A stretch of DNA of 64,000 nt from Clostridia bacterium. GTDB taxonomy: Bacteria; Bacillota; Clostridia; TANB77; CAG-508. Under the pieces are notes generated by a model that saw only the letters and a program-made list of their open reading frames with translations, was not told the DNA's origin and searched no databases. Positions 1 through 7,316 of the stretch are shown here, in pieces. The stretch spans positions 39,091 to 103,090 of the forward strand of contig JAFWDV010000018.1 of NCBI GenBank assembly GCA_017515985.1, in the 5' to 3' direction. The position numbers and the translations under genes are program-made. Position 1 is the stretch's first letter. Every line of letters begins with the position of its first letter.

Positions 1-2
1 AT

Positions 3-485
3 GATAAATTATTTCTTAGTACTTGGTCTTCAAATTTTGGAAAAATCCCAGATAGGGGAGATATTATAACTTTTGAAGCTCCAAGTGTAGAAAATCCAGA
101 AAACAGTGGCAATGTTGCTGTATATATTGGTAATTCACGTAGTTTCAAAGATAAGTTTTTGTATTATAGTTTAGGAATTTCTAAATCTAGCTATATTAAA
201 AGAGTAATAGGATTGCCAGGAGATCATGTAGAAATAAAAGATGGTGGAGTATATGTAAATGGCCAAAAATTATATGAGGATTATTTGAAAAGTAATGTAA
301 AGACAGATATGTCAATGGGTGGAAATTTTGGTGACGTGGTTGTACCAGAAAATTGTGTATACGTACTTGGAGACAATAGAGCTGCGTCAGTTGATTCACG
401 AAAATTTGGATGCATACCAGTTAGTAAAATTGAAGGCAAAGTTGTAGCAAGATGGTGGCCATCAAAGAAAATTGGCGCCTTATAG
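3..485 (+). CDS. lepB: Signal peptidase I, 5'-partial (open from window start in frame 3)
   Basis: Translation RGDIITF...GLPGDHVEIKDGGVYVNG...LGDNRAASVDSRKFG matches the SPase I catalytic region. No stop codon upstream in frame. Confidence 0.8.
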   Translation, partial: DKLFLSTWSSNFGKIPDRGDIITFEAPSVENPENSGNVAVYIGNSRSFKDKFLYYSLGISKSSYIKRVIGLPGDHVEIKDGGVYVNGQKLYEDYLKSNVKTDMSMGGNFGDVVVPENCVYVLGDNRAASVDSRKFGCIPVSKIEGKVVARWWPSKKIGAL

Positions 486-500
486 GATGGAGGAATTTAA

Positions 501-1430
501 TTGGCTTTTGAAGGAACAATAGGAAATGAAGAAAATAAAAAGATGCTGATTAGTTCTGTAAAAAATAAAAATATTTTACATAGTTATCTATTTTATGGTA
601 CAGAAGGTATTGGAAAAAAAATCTTTGCAATGGAATTTGCAAAGATGATTTTATGTAATAACGAAAGTGAACAAATACCATGTAATAAATGTAAGTCTTG
701 TGATTCTTTTGATTCAAATAATAATCCAGATTTCTTTATTATAGAGCCTGATGGTAATTCAATAAAAATAGATCAAATAAGAGCTATGCAGAAAAGCGTA
801 ATTGAAAAGCCTATTGAAAGTAATAAAAAGGTGTTTATAATTGATAATGCCGATACAATGACTAAAGAAGCGCAGAACTGTATGCTTAAGACACTAGAAG
901 AGCCTCAAGAATATATAGTTATTATTTTGATTGCTTCAAATGAAAACAATATTCTTGCAACAGTAAAATCAAGATGTACGAAAGTTTTTTTTAAACCTTT
1001 AGATGAAAATGAATTAAAGAAGTACATGAGTGAAAATTACGAAGATGTTGCTTTTGATTCAAGCAGCGTTAGTTTGTGTAATGGAAGCATAGCAAAAGCG
1101 AAAAAAATTATAAGCAAAAGTGAAGTATTAGATAGTGTAAAACAAATTGTTAATGATGTACGATATATTAATAAACTTGAGTTTCTTAAGAAAAATGAAA
1201 TATTTTATGATAACAAGGATGATATTGATTTGTTACTTGAATATATGTATATTTCATTATTCGAGATTGCTAAGATTGAGAAATATAATATGAATGGATA
1301 TCTAAATGCAATGAAGATTGTAGAGCAAACTAAACAAAAGATACGTAATAGTAATAATTATGATATGTCAATAGACAGTATGCTAATAAATATTTGGGAG
1401 GAAGTTAATGAAAAAAATAATAGGGGTTAG
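501..1430 (+). CDS. holB: DNA polymerase III delta' subunit
   Basis: Motifs YLFYGTEGIGKK (P-loop-like) and FIIDNADTMTKEAQNCMLKTLEEP. TTG start 7 nt after GGAGG. Confidence 0.8.
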   Translation: MAFEGTIGNEENKKMLISSVKNKNILHSYLFYGTEGIGKKIFAMEFAKMILCNNESEQIPCNKCKSCDSFDSNNNPDFFIIEPDGNSIKIDQIRAMQKSVIEKPIESNKKVFIIDNADTMTKEAQNCMLKTLEEPQEYIVIILIASNENNILATVKSRCTKVFFKPLDENELKKYMSENYEDVAFDSSSVSLCNGSIAKAKKIISKSEVLDSVKQIVNDVRYINKLEFLKKNEIFYDNKDDIDLLLEYMYISLFEIAKIEKYNMNGYLNAMKIVEQTKQKIRNSNNYDMSIDSMLINIWEEVNEKNNRG

Positions 1431-2328
1431 ATTTAAGAAACCTGGAAAAATATATTTTTTTGATCCACAAGGTATAGAAATTGAAAAGAATGATGACGTA
1501 ATTGTTGAAACAGCAATGGGTGACGAAATTGGAAAAGTTGTTGTTGTAAATAGAGAAATTGATGAATCAAAAATGGCTACACCATTAAAAAAAGTAATTA
1601 GAAAGGCTACTAGAGAAGATTTGGCTTCTCAAGAAAAATATAAAAGTAAAGAGCCTGAAGCTTTGGAAATATGCAAAGAAAAGATTAAAAAATATAATCT
1701 TGAAATGAACCTTACTGATGTTGAATATAAATTTGATGGTAGTAAAATATTGTTTTACTTCACAGCTGATGGAAGAATTGATTTTAGAGATTTAGTTAAA
1801 GACTTAGCGAGTGTTTTCAAAACTAGAATTGAACTTAGACAAATTGGTGTTAGAGATGAAGTAAAAAGAATTGGTGGCAATGGAGTATGTGGAAGAGAGC
1901 TTTGTTGTTGCTCTTTCTTAGATAATTTTGAAACTGTATCAATTAAAATGGCTAAGGAGCAAAATATTGCTTTAAATCCTTCAAAAATTTCAGGAAACTG
2001 TGGAAGATTGATGTGTTGTTTAAAGTATGAACAAGATGTATATTCTGAAAAGGTTTCTAGATTACCTAAAGTAGGTGCTATTGTTAAAACTCCATCAGGG
2101 GAAGGTACAGTTGAAGGTGTTGAAATTTTAAAGGAGATTGTTAGAGTAAAAATTAAAGATGGAGAAGATTTCATATATAAGAAATTTAATGCAGACGAGA
2201 TAAAAGTACTAAGAGATTCTAAGAAGGATGTAGTTAACGAAGAAGAAAAAGAAAACTTTAAAGAGCTTCAAGAGCTTGAAAAACTTGAAAAAATGGATTC
2301 AAAAAATAAAAACGAAAATCAGATATAG
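1408..2328 (+). CDS. ricT: PSP1-domain protein RicT/YaaT (stage 0 sporulation)
   Basis: N-terminal GVRFKKPGKIYFFDP...; Cys-rich CGRELCCC / CGRLMCC motifs. Conserved position after holB. Confidence 0.75.
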   Translation: MKKIIGVRFKKPGKIYFFDPQGIEIEKNDDVIVETAMGDEIGKVVVVNREIDESKMATPLKKVIRKATREDLASQEKYKSKEPEALEICKEKIKKYNLEMNLTDVEYKFDGSKILFYFTADGRIDFRDLVKDLASVFKTRIELRQIGVRDEVKRIGGNGVCGRELCCCSFLDNFETVSIKMAKEQNIALNPSKISGNCGRLMCCLKYEQDVYSEKVSRLPKVGAIVKTPSGEGTVEGVEILKEIVRVKIKDGEDFIYKKFNADEIKVLRDSKKDVVNEEEKENFKELQELEKLEKMDSKNKNENQI

Positions 2329-2418
2329 ACTTTTTTTATTTATATGATATAATAAGGTAACTCTATAGTGAGAATTATTATTTTTTGTATAAGAATTAAT
2401 TTGAAAGGGGTGAAAAGA

Positions 2419-2586
2419 ATGGCTTATAAAATTTCAGAAAAATGTATAGCATGTGGTGCATGTGCTGCTCAATGCCCAATGGAGTGCATCCATGAAGGTG
2501 ATGGAAAATTTGTGATTGATGAAAATACATGTATATCATGTGGAACTTGTGCAGGGGTATGTCCTGTAGGAGCACCAGAAGAATAA
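2419..2586 (+). CDS. 2x[4Fe-4S] ferredoxin (55 aa)
   Basis: Two CxxCxxCxxxCP motifs (CIACGACAAQCP, CISCGTCAGVCP). RBS AAAGGGG upstream of the ATG. Confidence 0.8.
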   Translation: MAYKISEKCIACGACAAQCPMECIHEGDGKFVIDENTCISCGTCAGVCPVGAPEE

Positions 2587-2592
2587 AAGAAA

Positions 2593-2640
2593 ACCTTAAA
2601 CAAATTAGAAATAGTCTGTTTAAGGTTCTTTTTTTTATTC
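2593..2640. terminator. Bidirectional intrinsic terminator between ferredoxin and porB
   Basis: 10-bp stem AACCTTAAAC...GTTTAAGGTT flanked by an A-run on one side and a T-run on the other. Confidence 0.5.
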
Positions 2641-3600
2641 GGCAGATTCAGCTTTATTAGTCATTTCTTCTAAGTCTAATAATTCTTGCCATCTCTTATC
2701 TACTTCATCTTGGAACTCTTTGATCATCCATTCATTTCCAGGTTTAAACATGTGTTTAAATCTTTTTTGTGGTTTTAAGAATTCTTCAATTGGAAGCTTA
2801 TTTTTTGGCTTATAGTTGATTACATATTTTCCATCTATAACTTCATATAGTGGCCAGTAACATGTTTCAACTGCAAGCTTATTAATTTCCATTAAATCTT
2901 CAGTATTATAACCCCATCCACGAGGGCATGGTGCCATAACATTTAAGAATGTTGGTCCTTCTGTATAGATAGCTTTTTCAGCTTTTTCATAAAGGTCTTT
3001 AAAGTTATTTAATGCTACTGTTTGAGCAACATAAGGCAAATGATGTCCAACCATAACTTTTGTTAAATCTTTTCTTGATTGCATTTTTCCTGGAATTACT
3101 TTTCCAGCAGGAGTTGTTGTTGTATCTGCAAATTTAGGTGTTGCAGATGAACGTTGGATACCTGTGTTCATGTATGCACCGTTGTCATAGCAAACATATG
3201 TCATATCATGACCTCTTTCCATAGCTCCTGATAAGCTTTGTAGACCAATATCATAAGTTCCACCATCTCCACCAAAAGTAATAAATTTTGTTACTTGGTC
3301 TTCAGGTAATTTTCCTTGTTTCTTTAATGATCTATATGCAGCCTCAACACCAGATTCTGTTGCAGCAGCACACTCAAATGCTGTATGAATAAATGAATCT
3401 GTCCATGATGTATATGGATACATGAAAGTAGAAACTTCCATACAACCTGTTGCACAACATACAACTGCTTGATCTTCTGGTTTAAGAGCTCTTAATACCA
3501 TTCTTGCACTTGCTGGTGCTCCACATCCAGCACACATTCTATGCCCAGCAGTGAATCTTGATGGTTTTGTAGTCATAACTTCTTTTAAATTATATGCCAT
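2635..3600 (-). CDS. porB: 2-oxoacid (pyruvate/ketoisovalerate):ferredoxin oxidoreductase, beta (TPP-binding) subunit
   Basis: GGDGGTYDIG TPP motif and CxxC cluster ligands. Last gene of a four-gene operon on the minus strand. Confidence 0.8.
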   Translation of the reverse strand: MAYNLKEVMTTKPSRFTAGHRMCAGCGAPASARMVLRALKPEDQAVVCCATGCMEVSTFMYPYTSWTDSFIHTAFECAAATESGVEAAYRSLKKQGKLPEDQVTKFITFGGDGGTYDIGLQSLSGAMERGHDMTYVCYDNGAYMNTGIQRSSATPKFADTTTTPAGKVIPGKMQSRKDLTKVMVGHHLPYVAQTVALNNFKDLYEKAEKAIYTEGPTFLNVMAPCPRGWGYNTEDLMEINKLAVETCYWPLYEVIDGKYVINYKPKNKLPIEEFLKPQKRFKHMFKPGNEWMIKEFQDEVDKRWQELLDLEEMTNKAESAE

Positions 3601-3628
3601 TTTTTTCAGTCCTTTCTTTCAAAAATTA

Positions 3629-4825
3629 TTATTTTCTTAATCCTAGATATCTGTATGGATCTGCAACTTTATCATCTTTGTCAATTTTTTGTAAATCTTT
3701 AAATACAGATTCTATTTGGTCTGATGTAGTATCTCTACCACCAATTCCATATACGTAGCTAACTACTGGAACTGATTTTTTATTTACATACATTGCAGAA
3801 GTAATATCTTCATATAAAGCACCACCAGCAGCATTTAATGAATCAGATTTATCTAATACAGCAACTGATTTTATAGATGATTTAGAAAGTGCTTCAGCAA
3901 TTTCTTCAGCAGGGAATGGTCTAAACATACGAACTTTTAGAAGTCCTGCTTTAACACCTTTTGCTCTTAACTCATCTACTGTATATTTGGCAGTTCCTGC
4001 TGTAGAGTTCATACAAACAACAACATATTCTGCGTCATCCATTTTATATTCTTCGAAGAAGTTGTATTTTCTACCAGTTAATTTCTCGAATTCAACTGAT
4101 ACTTCTTCTATAACTCTCTTGGCATTTCTCATTGCTTCAGCTTGTTGGAATTTATGCTCAAATAGGAATCCTTGCAAATCTAAAGGTCCAACGGCCATTT
4201 GTTCATTTTTATTTAATAAGTAATGCTCTGGTTTATATTTTCCAACAAATTCTTTTACTTTGTTATCTTCTAATAATTCGATATTTTCGATAGAGTGTGA
4301 AGTAATGAATCCATCTTGGCATACCATAAGAGGTAGAAGTACATCTTTATGCTCTGCAATTCTGTGTGCCATTAAAATATTATCATATGCTTCTTGATTA
4401 TTTTCACTAAATAACATTATCCATCCAGCGTCTCTAACGCCCATAGCATCTGAGTGATCATTGTGGATATTTAAAGGACCAGATACTGCACGGTTTACCA
4501 ATGACATAACTATAGGTAAACGTAGGCTTGATGCTATATAAATCATTTCCCACATTAGTGATAAACCATTTGCTGATGTAGCTGTCATTGCTCTTGAACC
4601 TGCAGCTTCAGCCCCGATAGTAGCGCTCATTGCACTATGTTCGCTTTCAACAGCAACAAATTCTGTATCAACTTGTCCATTGCTTACGAATGTTGAAAAG
4701 TATTGTGGTATTTCTGTAGATGGTGTAATAGGAAATGCAGCAACAACATCTGGATTGATTTGTTTCATAGCAGTAGCAACTGCTTCATTTCCACTTAAAC
4801 GTTCTCTTATTGACATTTTATTCAC
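3629..4825 (-). CDS. porA: 2-oxoacid:ferredoxin oxidoreductase, alpha subunit
   Basis: 398 aa. Typical alpha-subunit length and operon context. Confidence 0.8.
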   Translation of the reverse strand: MNKMSIRERLSGNEAVATAMKQINPDVVAAFPITPSTEIPQYFSTFVSNGQVDTEFVAVESEHSAMSATIGAEAAGSRAMTATSANGLSLMWEMIYIASSLRLPIVMSLVNRAVSGPLNIHNDHSDAMGVRDAGWIMLFSENNQEAYDNILMAHRIAEHKDVLLPLMVCQDGFITSHSIENIELLEDNKVKEFVGKYKPEHYLLNKNEQMAVGPLDLQGFLFEHKFQQAEAMRNAKRVIEEVSVEFEKLTGRKYNFFEEYKMDDAEYVVVCMNSTAGTAKYTVDELRAKGVKAGLLKVRMFRPFPAEEIAEALSKSSIKSVAVLDKSDSLNAAGGALYEDITSAMYVNKKSVPVVSYVYGIGGRDTTSDQIESVFKDLQKIDKDDKVADPYRYLGLRK

Positions 4826-5120
4826 CCTCCTCTTTCATTGAAATAGCTCCAAAAGGACATACTTTAGCGCAAACTCCGCATCCCTTGCAGTAGTCGAAGT
4901 TAAAATCACATCTGTTACCGTCATCGTTTACAGGGATTGCATCATCTGGGCAAACAGGGAAGCATAGACCACATTGTTTGCATTTTTCACTATCAAAAAC
5001 TGGTCTTGCTGAACGCCAATCGCCAGTTTTAAATTCTTTAGCGTTTCCGGCTGTATAAATATTTCCACCAATTGTTAATTCACTTGCTGGAGTATTATTA
5101 TCTATTGCCATATTTATCAT
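4818..5120 (-). CDS. porD: 2-oxoacid:ferredoxin oxidoreductase, delta (2x[4Fe-4S] ferredoxin) subunit
   Basis: CKQCGLCFPVCP and CKGCGVCAKVCP motifs. Overlaps porA by 8 nt. Confidence 0.8.
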   Translation of the reverse strand: MINMAIDNNTPASELTIGGNIYTAGNAKEFKTGDWRSARPVFDSEKCKQCGLCFPVCPDDAIPVNDDGNRCDFNFDYCKGCGVCAKVCPFGAISMKEEGE

Positions 5121-5129
5121 TCCTTTCCT

Positions 5130-5711
5130 TTATTGTAATTTCTTTATTTGAGCTAAGGTAAGCTCTAAGGCTTTCATATTACCTTCAATAACTTCTGGTT
5201 TTTTAGCAAATTTATGTTTAAAAGATCCTTCCATATCTGCAAGAAATGCTTCATCAGTCATTATGCCACTAACTTTTACAATTGCAGCAAGCATAGGTGT
5301 GTTAGGGAAATATTTACCTAAAGCTTCAATAGAAATTGACCTTGCATCTATTGTATAGATACTTCCTTCGTAGTTTTTTAGTTTTGGTTTGATTTCAGAT
5401 AAATCTTTTGTTGTATTAATTACAATTGCACCATCTGTTTTTAGACCAGCTGTGACATCAACGCAATCCAAAAGAGTGTCATCAACAACTACTACATAGT
5501 TTGGCTCGTAGATGTTGCTGTGAATAGTGATTGGATTATTTCCAATACGATTGTAAGCTGTGATTGGCGCACCCATTCTCTCAGGACCGTATTCAGGGAA
5601 TCCTTGGATGTATTTTCCTGTGTTGAATGCAGCGTCTGCTAATAGTAAACAAGCAGTTTTTGCACCTTGGCCACCACGTCCATGCCATCTAATTTCGATT
5701 AAATCGTTCAT
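5130..5711 (-). CDS. porG: 2-oxoacid:ferredoxin oxidoreductase, gamma subunit
   Basis: 193 aa with GRGGQG motif. First gene of the operon, with RBS GAAGGAGG. Confidence 0.8.
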   Translation of the reverse strand: MNDLIEIRWHGRGGQGAKTACLLLADAAFNTGKYIQGFPEYGPERMGAPITAYNRIGNNPITIHSNIYEPNYVVVVDDTLLDCVDVTAGLKTDGAIVINTTKDLSEIKPKLKNYEGSIYTIDARSISIEALGKYFPNTPMLAAIVKVSGIMTDEAFLADMEGSFKHKFAKKPEVIEGNMKALELTLAQIKKLQ

Positions 5712-5743
5712 AAACGTTTACCTCCTTCAATTTATATAAAGCT

Positions 5744-5772
5744 AGTATATTATTTGAGGTGCTTAAAGTCAA
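5744..5772 (-). promoter_or_regulatory. Putative sigma-A promoter of the por operon (TTGACT-17-TATACT)
   Basis: Read on the minus strand, directly upstream of the porG RBS. Confidence 0.45.
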
Positions 5773-5776
5773 GAAC

Positions 5777-5825
5777 TTTTATTAAAAACGGGGAAGAAGC
5801 ACATGGCAGTGCCATGTGCTTCTTC
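5777..5825 (-). terminator. Intrinsic terminator of islet-A paralog 1
   Basis: Perfect 15-bp stem GAAGAAGCACATGGC/GCCATGTGCTTCTTC followed on the minus strand by CCCGTTTTTAAT. Confidence 0.6.
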
Positions 5826-5841
5826 AGAGTTGCGAGGTTGA

Positions 5842-6051
5842 TTAATCAGGATAGTTAAGCTCGAGTTGCTGGAGCAGGACAAAAAAGTGTCCGCCCCGGT
5901 ACCCCGTGTAGCTTGTGATCTGAGGTGGAAATACCGTCTTGACGATGACCCCCTCCTCGGTGCACTCGTTCATAAACTGGTTTACAGTTTTGTCGAGTGT
6001 CCGCGCAAGTGCTGCAACGTCTGCGCCTTTGACTACGAATGTTTCCAACAT
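5842..6051 (-). CDS. Small GC-rich protein, paralog 1 (69 aa, ends ...LELNYPD); function unknown
   Basis: RBS AAAGGAGAGG 5 nt upstream of the ATG. Own terminator. Paralogous to the ORF at 6842-7054. G+C is much higher than in flanking genes. Confidence 0.6.
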   Translation of the reverse strand: MLETFVVKGADVAALARTLDKTVNQFMNECTEEGVIVKTVFPPQITSYTGYRGGHFFVLLQQLELNYPD

Positions 6052-6157
6052 AATGACCTCTCCTTTGGTTTATTTTCCCTGTGATGGGAATGGTGAGCGC
6101 ATGCTCAACCTTCTGTTATTATACCATATTATGTCAATTAATGCAAATGCTTTTGCA

Positions 6158-6200
6158 AAAAAGGGCCCCCGGCATGTGCCGAGGGCTCCCTGCGGTTTTT
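6158..6200. terminator. GC-rich hairpin with A-run/T-run flanks, downstream of the 149-aa ORF
   Basis: GGGCCCCCGGCA...GCCGAGGGCTCCC imperfect stem, then a T9 run. Confidence 0.4.
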
Positions 6201-6206
6201 TTTTAT

Positions 6207-6656
6207 TTAGATTTTGCTATCGGAATTTTTGGCGTAAATTACAGTCATATCAGTATCGACTGTAACACCAATATCCCAGCCGTACTGGTTGAGAAAATGG
6301 CGAAGTGGCTTGGTAAGAAATGCAGTCTCGTAGGCTGACGAGAAAGGTTTTAACGCCTTCTCTTTACCAAAAAACAGCTGTGGTGTGTGAAAATTTTGAT
6401 TGATATAAAGCAAATAATCATCAACATCAAGCTTTTCGGTGCCAGTCTGCGAAGGGCTAGGTACATAGAAACCACGTACTTCGCTTAAGTAGAATTTCTT
6501 ACACTGCTGGTTATCTCCTGTGATGTACGAGTACAGAAGTGCTCCATAACTGTCAAACAGGTCCTGTAAAGCAAATAAATGCCGTGCAGGAATGAGCTGA
6601 ACTTCTGCTCGTTCCACGTGTTTGGAAAAAAAACGCTTAGGTTCATAGAACTTCAC
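6207..6656 (-). CDS. GC-rich hypothetical protein (149 aa); no family recognised
   Basis: GTG start 7 nt after GGAGG. TTTACA-17-TATAAT promoter upstream. Lies between the two paralogous small ORFs. Confidence 0.55.
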   Translation of the reverse strand: MKFYEPKRFFSKHVERAEVQLIPARHLFALQDLFDSYGALLYSYITGDNQQCKKFYLSEVRGFYVPSPSQTGTEKLDVDDYLLYINQNFHTPQLFFGKEKALKPFSSAYETAFLTKPLRHFLNQYGWDIGVTVDTDMTVIYAKNSDSKI

Positions 6657-6787
6657 TTGAATTCCTCCAATCTTATCCGCAGGGTACCAAGGGTATGGTT
6701 AACCACTCAGTAATGAAATCAATTATAACATAATTAGATTACAATGTAAAGAAAAGTAGATCCTATAAGAACCGTCCCTCTCCATTC

Positions 6788-6828
6788 GAAAAAAGAAAGG
6801 CGCAAATGGTATTGCCATTTGCGCCTTT
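6788..6828 (-). terminator. Intrinsic terminator of islet-A paralog 2
   Basis: Perfect stem GGCGCAAATGG/CCATTTGCGCC followed on the minus strand by TTCTTTTTTCG. Confidence 0.6.
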
Positions 6829-6841
6829 CGTGCTCGAGAGA

Positions 6842-7054
6842 TTAATCGGGGTACGTAAGCTCCAGTTCCTGGAAAAGAAGGTAGCTTGTTACGTGTTCGC
6901 CGGGGATAGGTACGAGTTGGCGGGAAAATTTTACCTCAAGAATAATACCTTTTTCCTCGCTTTCGGTGCGGAGCTCGTTGATTTCACAATCAAGAGTCCG
7001 CATAAGAACGTCGGGTTTCAGCCCCCGTAAAGTGATCGTACGTGTTTCTTTCAT
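6842..7054 (-). CDS. Small GC-rich protein, paralog 2 (70 aa, ends ...LELTYPD); function unknown
   Basis: RBS AAAGGGG upstream of the ATG. TTGCTA-17-TATAAT promoter plus a TTCTCGAAAGAGAA palindrome upstream. The CDS is 47% G+C by manual count (100 of 213 nt). Confidence 0.6.
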   Translation of the reverse strand: MKETRTITLRGLKPDVLMRTLDCEINELRTESEEKGIILEVKFSRQLVPIPGEHVTSYLLFQELELTYPD

Positions 7055-7316
7055 GATGAAAACCCCTTTATATTTATTTTTCTCTTTCGAGAAATTGTGG
7101 ACACATTATATCATATTATGTAAAACATAGCAAGCTTATTTTAAAACAAAATAGCAAATCATATACGTACAGAGTATAATACAAGTTGTTTTAGATTATA
7201 CTATATTTTTAACAATAATTAAAAAAGTATTGAAATCCTAATTTTTTTTTGATATCATCTAAAAGAGAGACTAGATTAACAAAAGAAAAGTGAAAGGAGA
7301 ATTTAACAAAGGGAAA

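Noticed and set aside
196-399. Antisense 67-aa ORF inside lepB. Similar antisense or overlapping ORFs in the track at 1755-2174, 3987-4223, 7674-7895, 12370-12896, 13133-13366, 14615-14854, 16996-17706, 18251-18802, 20509-20770, 20944-21650, 22765-23149, 24188-26794, 28903-29226, 29793-30170, 30632-30904, 31326-32453, 36270-36510, 37094-37551, 39851-40294, 40406-41191, 41453-42797, 43616-43834, 44356-45132, 45976-46260, 46699-46911, 49420-50270, 51330-51575, 53059-53292, 53639-53839, 54245-54460, 55574-56107, 57064-57267, 57787-57981, 59248-59484, 61125-61542, 62269-62592 and 63354-63611.
   Set aside because: Each lies within or opposite a much longer ORF with clear homology or strong translation signals, and lacks its own RBS. 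These are typical spurious ORFs in low-complexity AT-rich DNA.
5866-6338. Plus-strand ORFs of 72, 108 and 85 aa across the GC-rich islet, and 6806-7030 (74 aa).
   Set aside because: They overlap the minus-strand ORFs, which have RBSs, promoters and terminators. Long spurious ORFs are expected in GC-richer DNA. No RBSs are present.
7290-7316. GTG start at 7290 for the surface protein (track ORF start).
   Set aside because: It places the RBS-like AAAGGAGAA inside the coding sequence. The ATG at 7317 gives a typical Lys-rich signal-peptide N-terminus.
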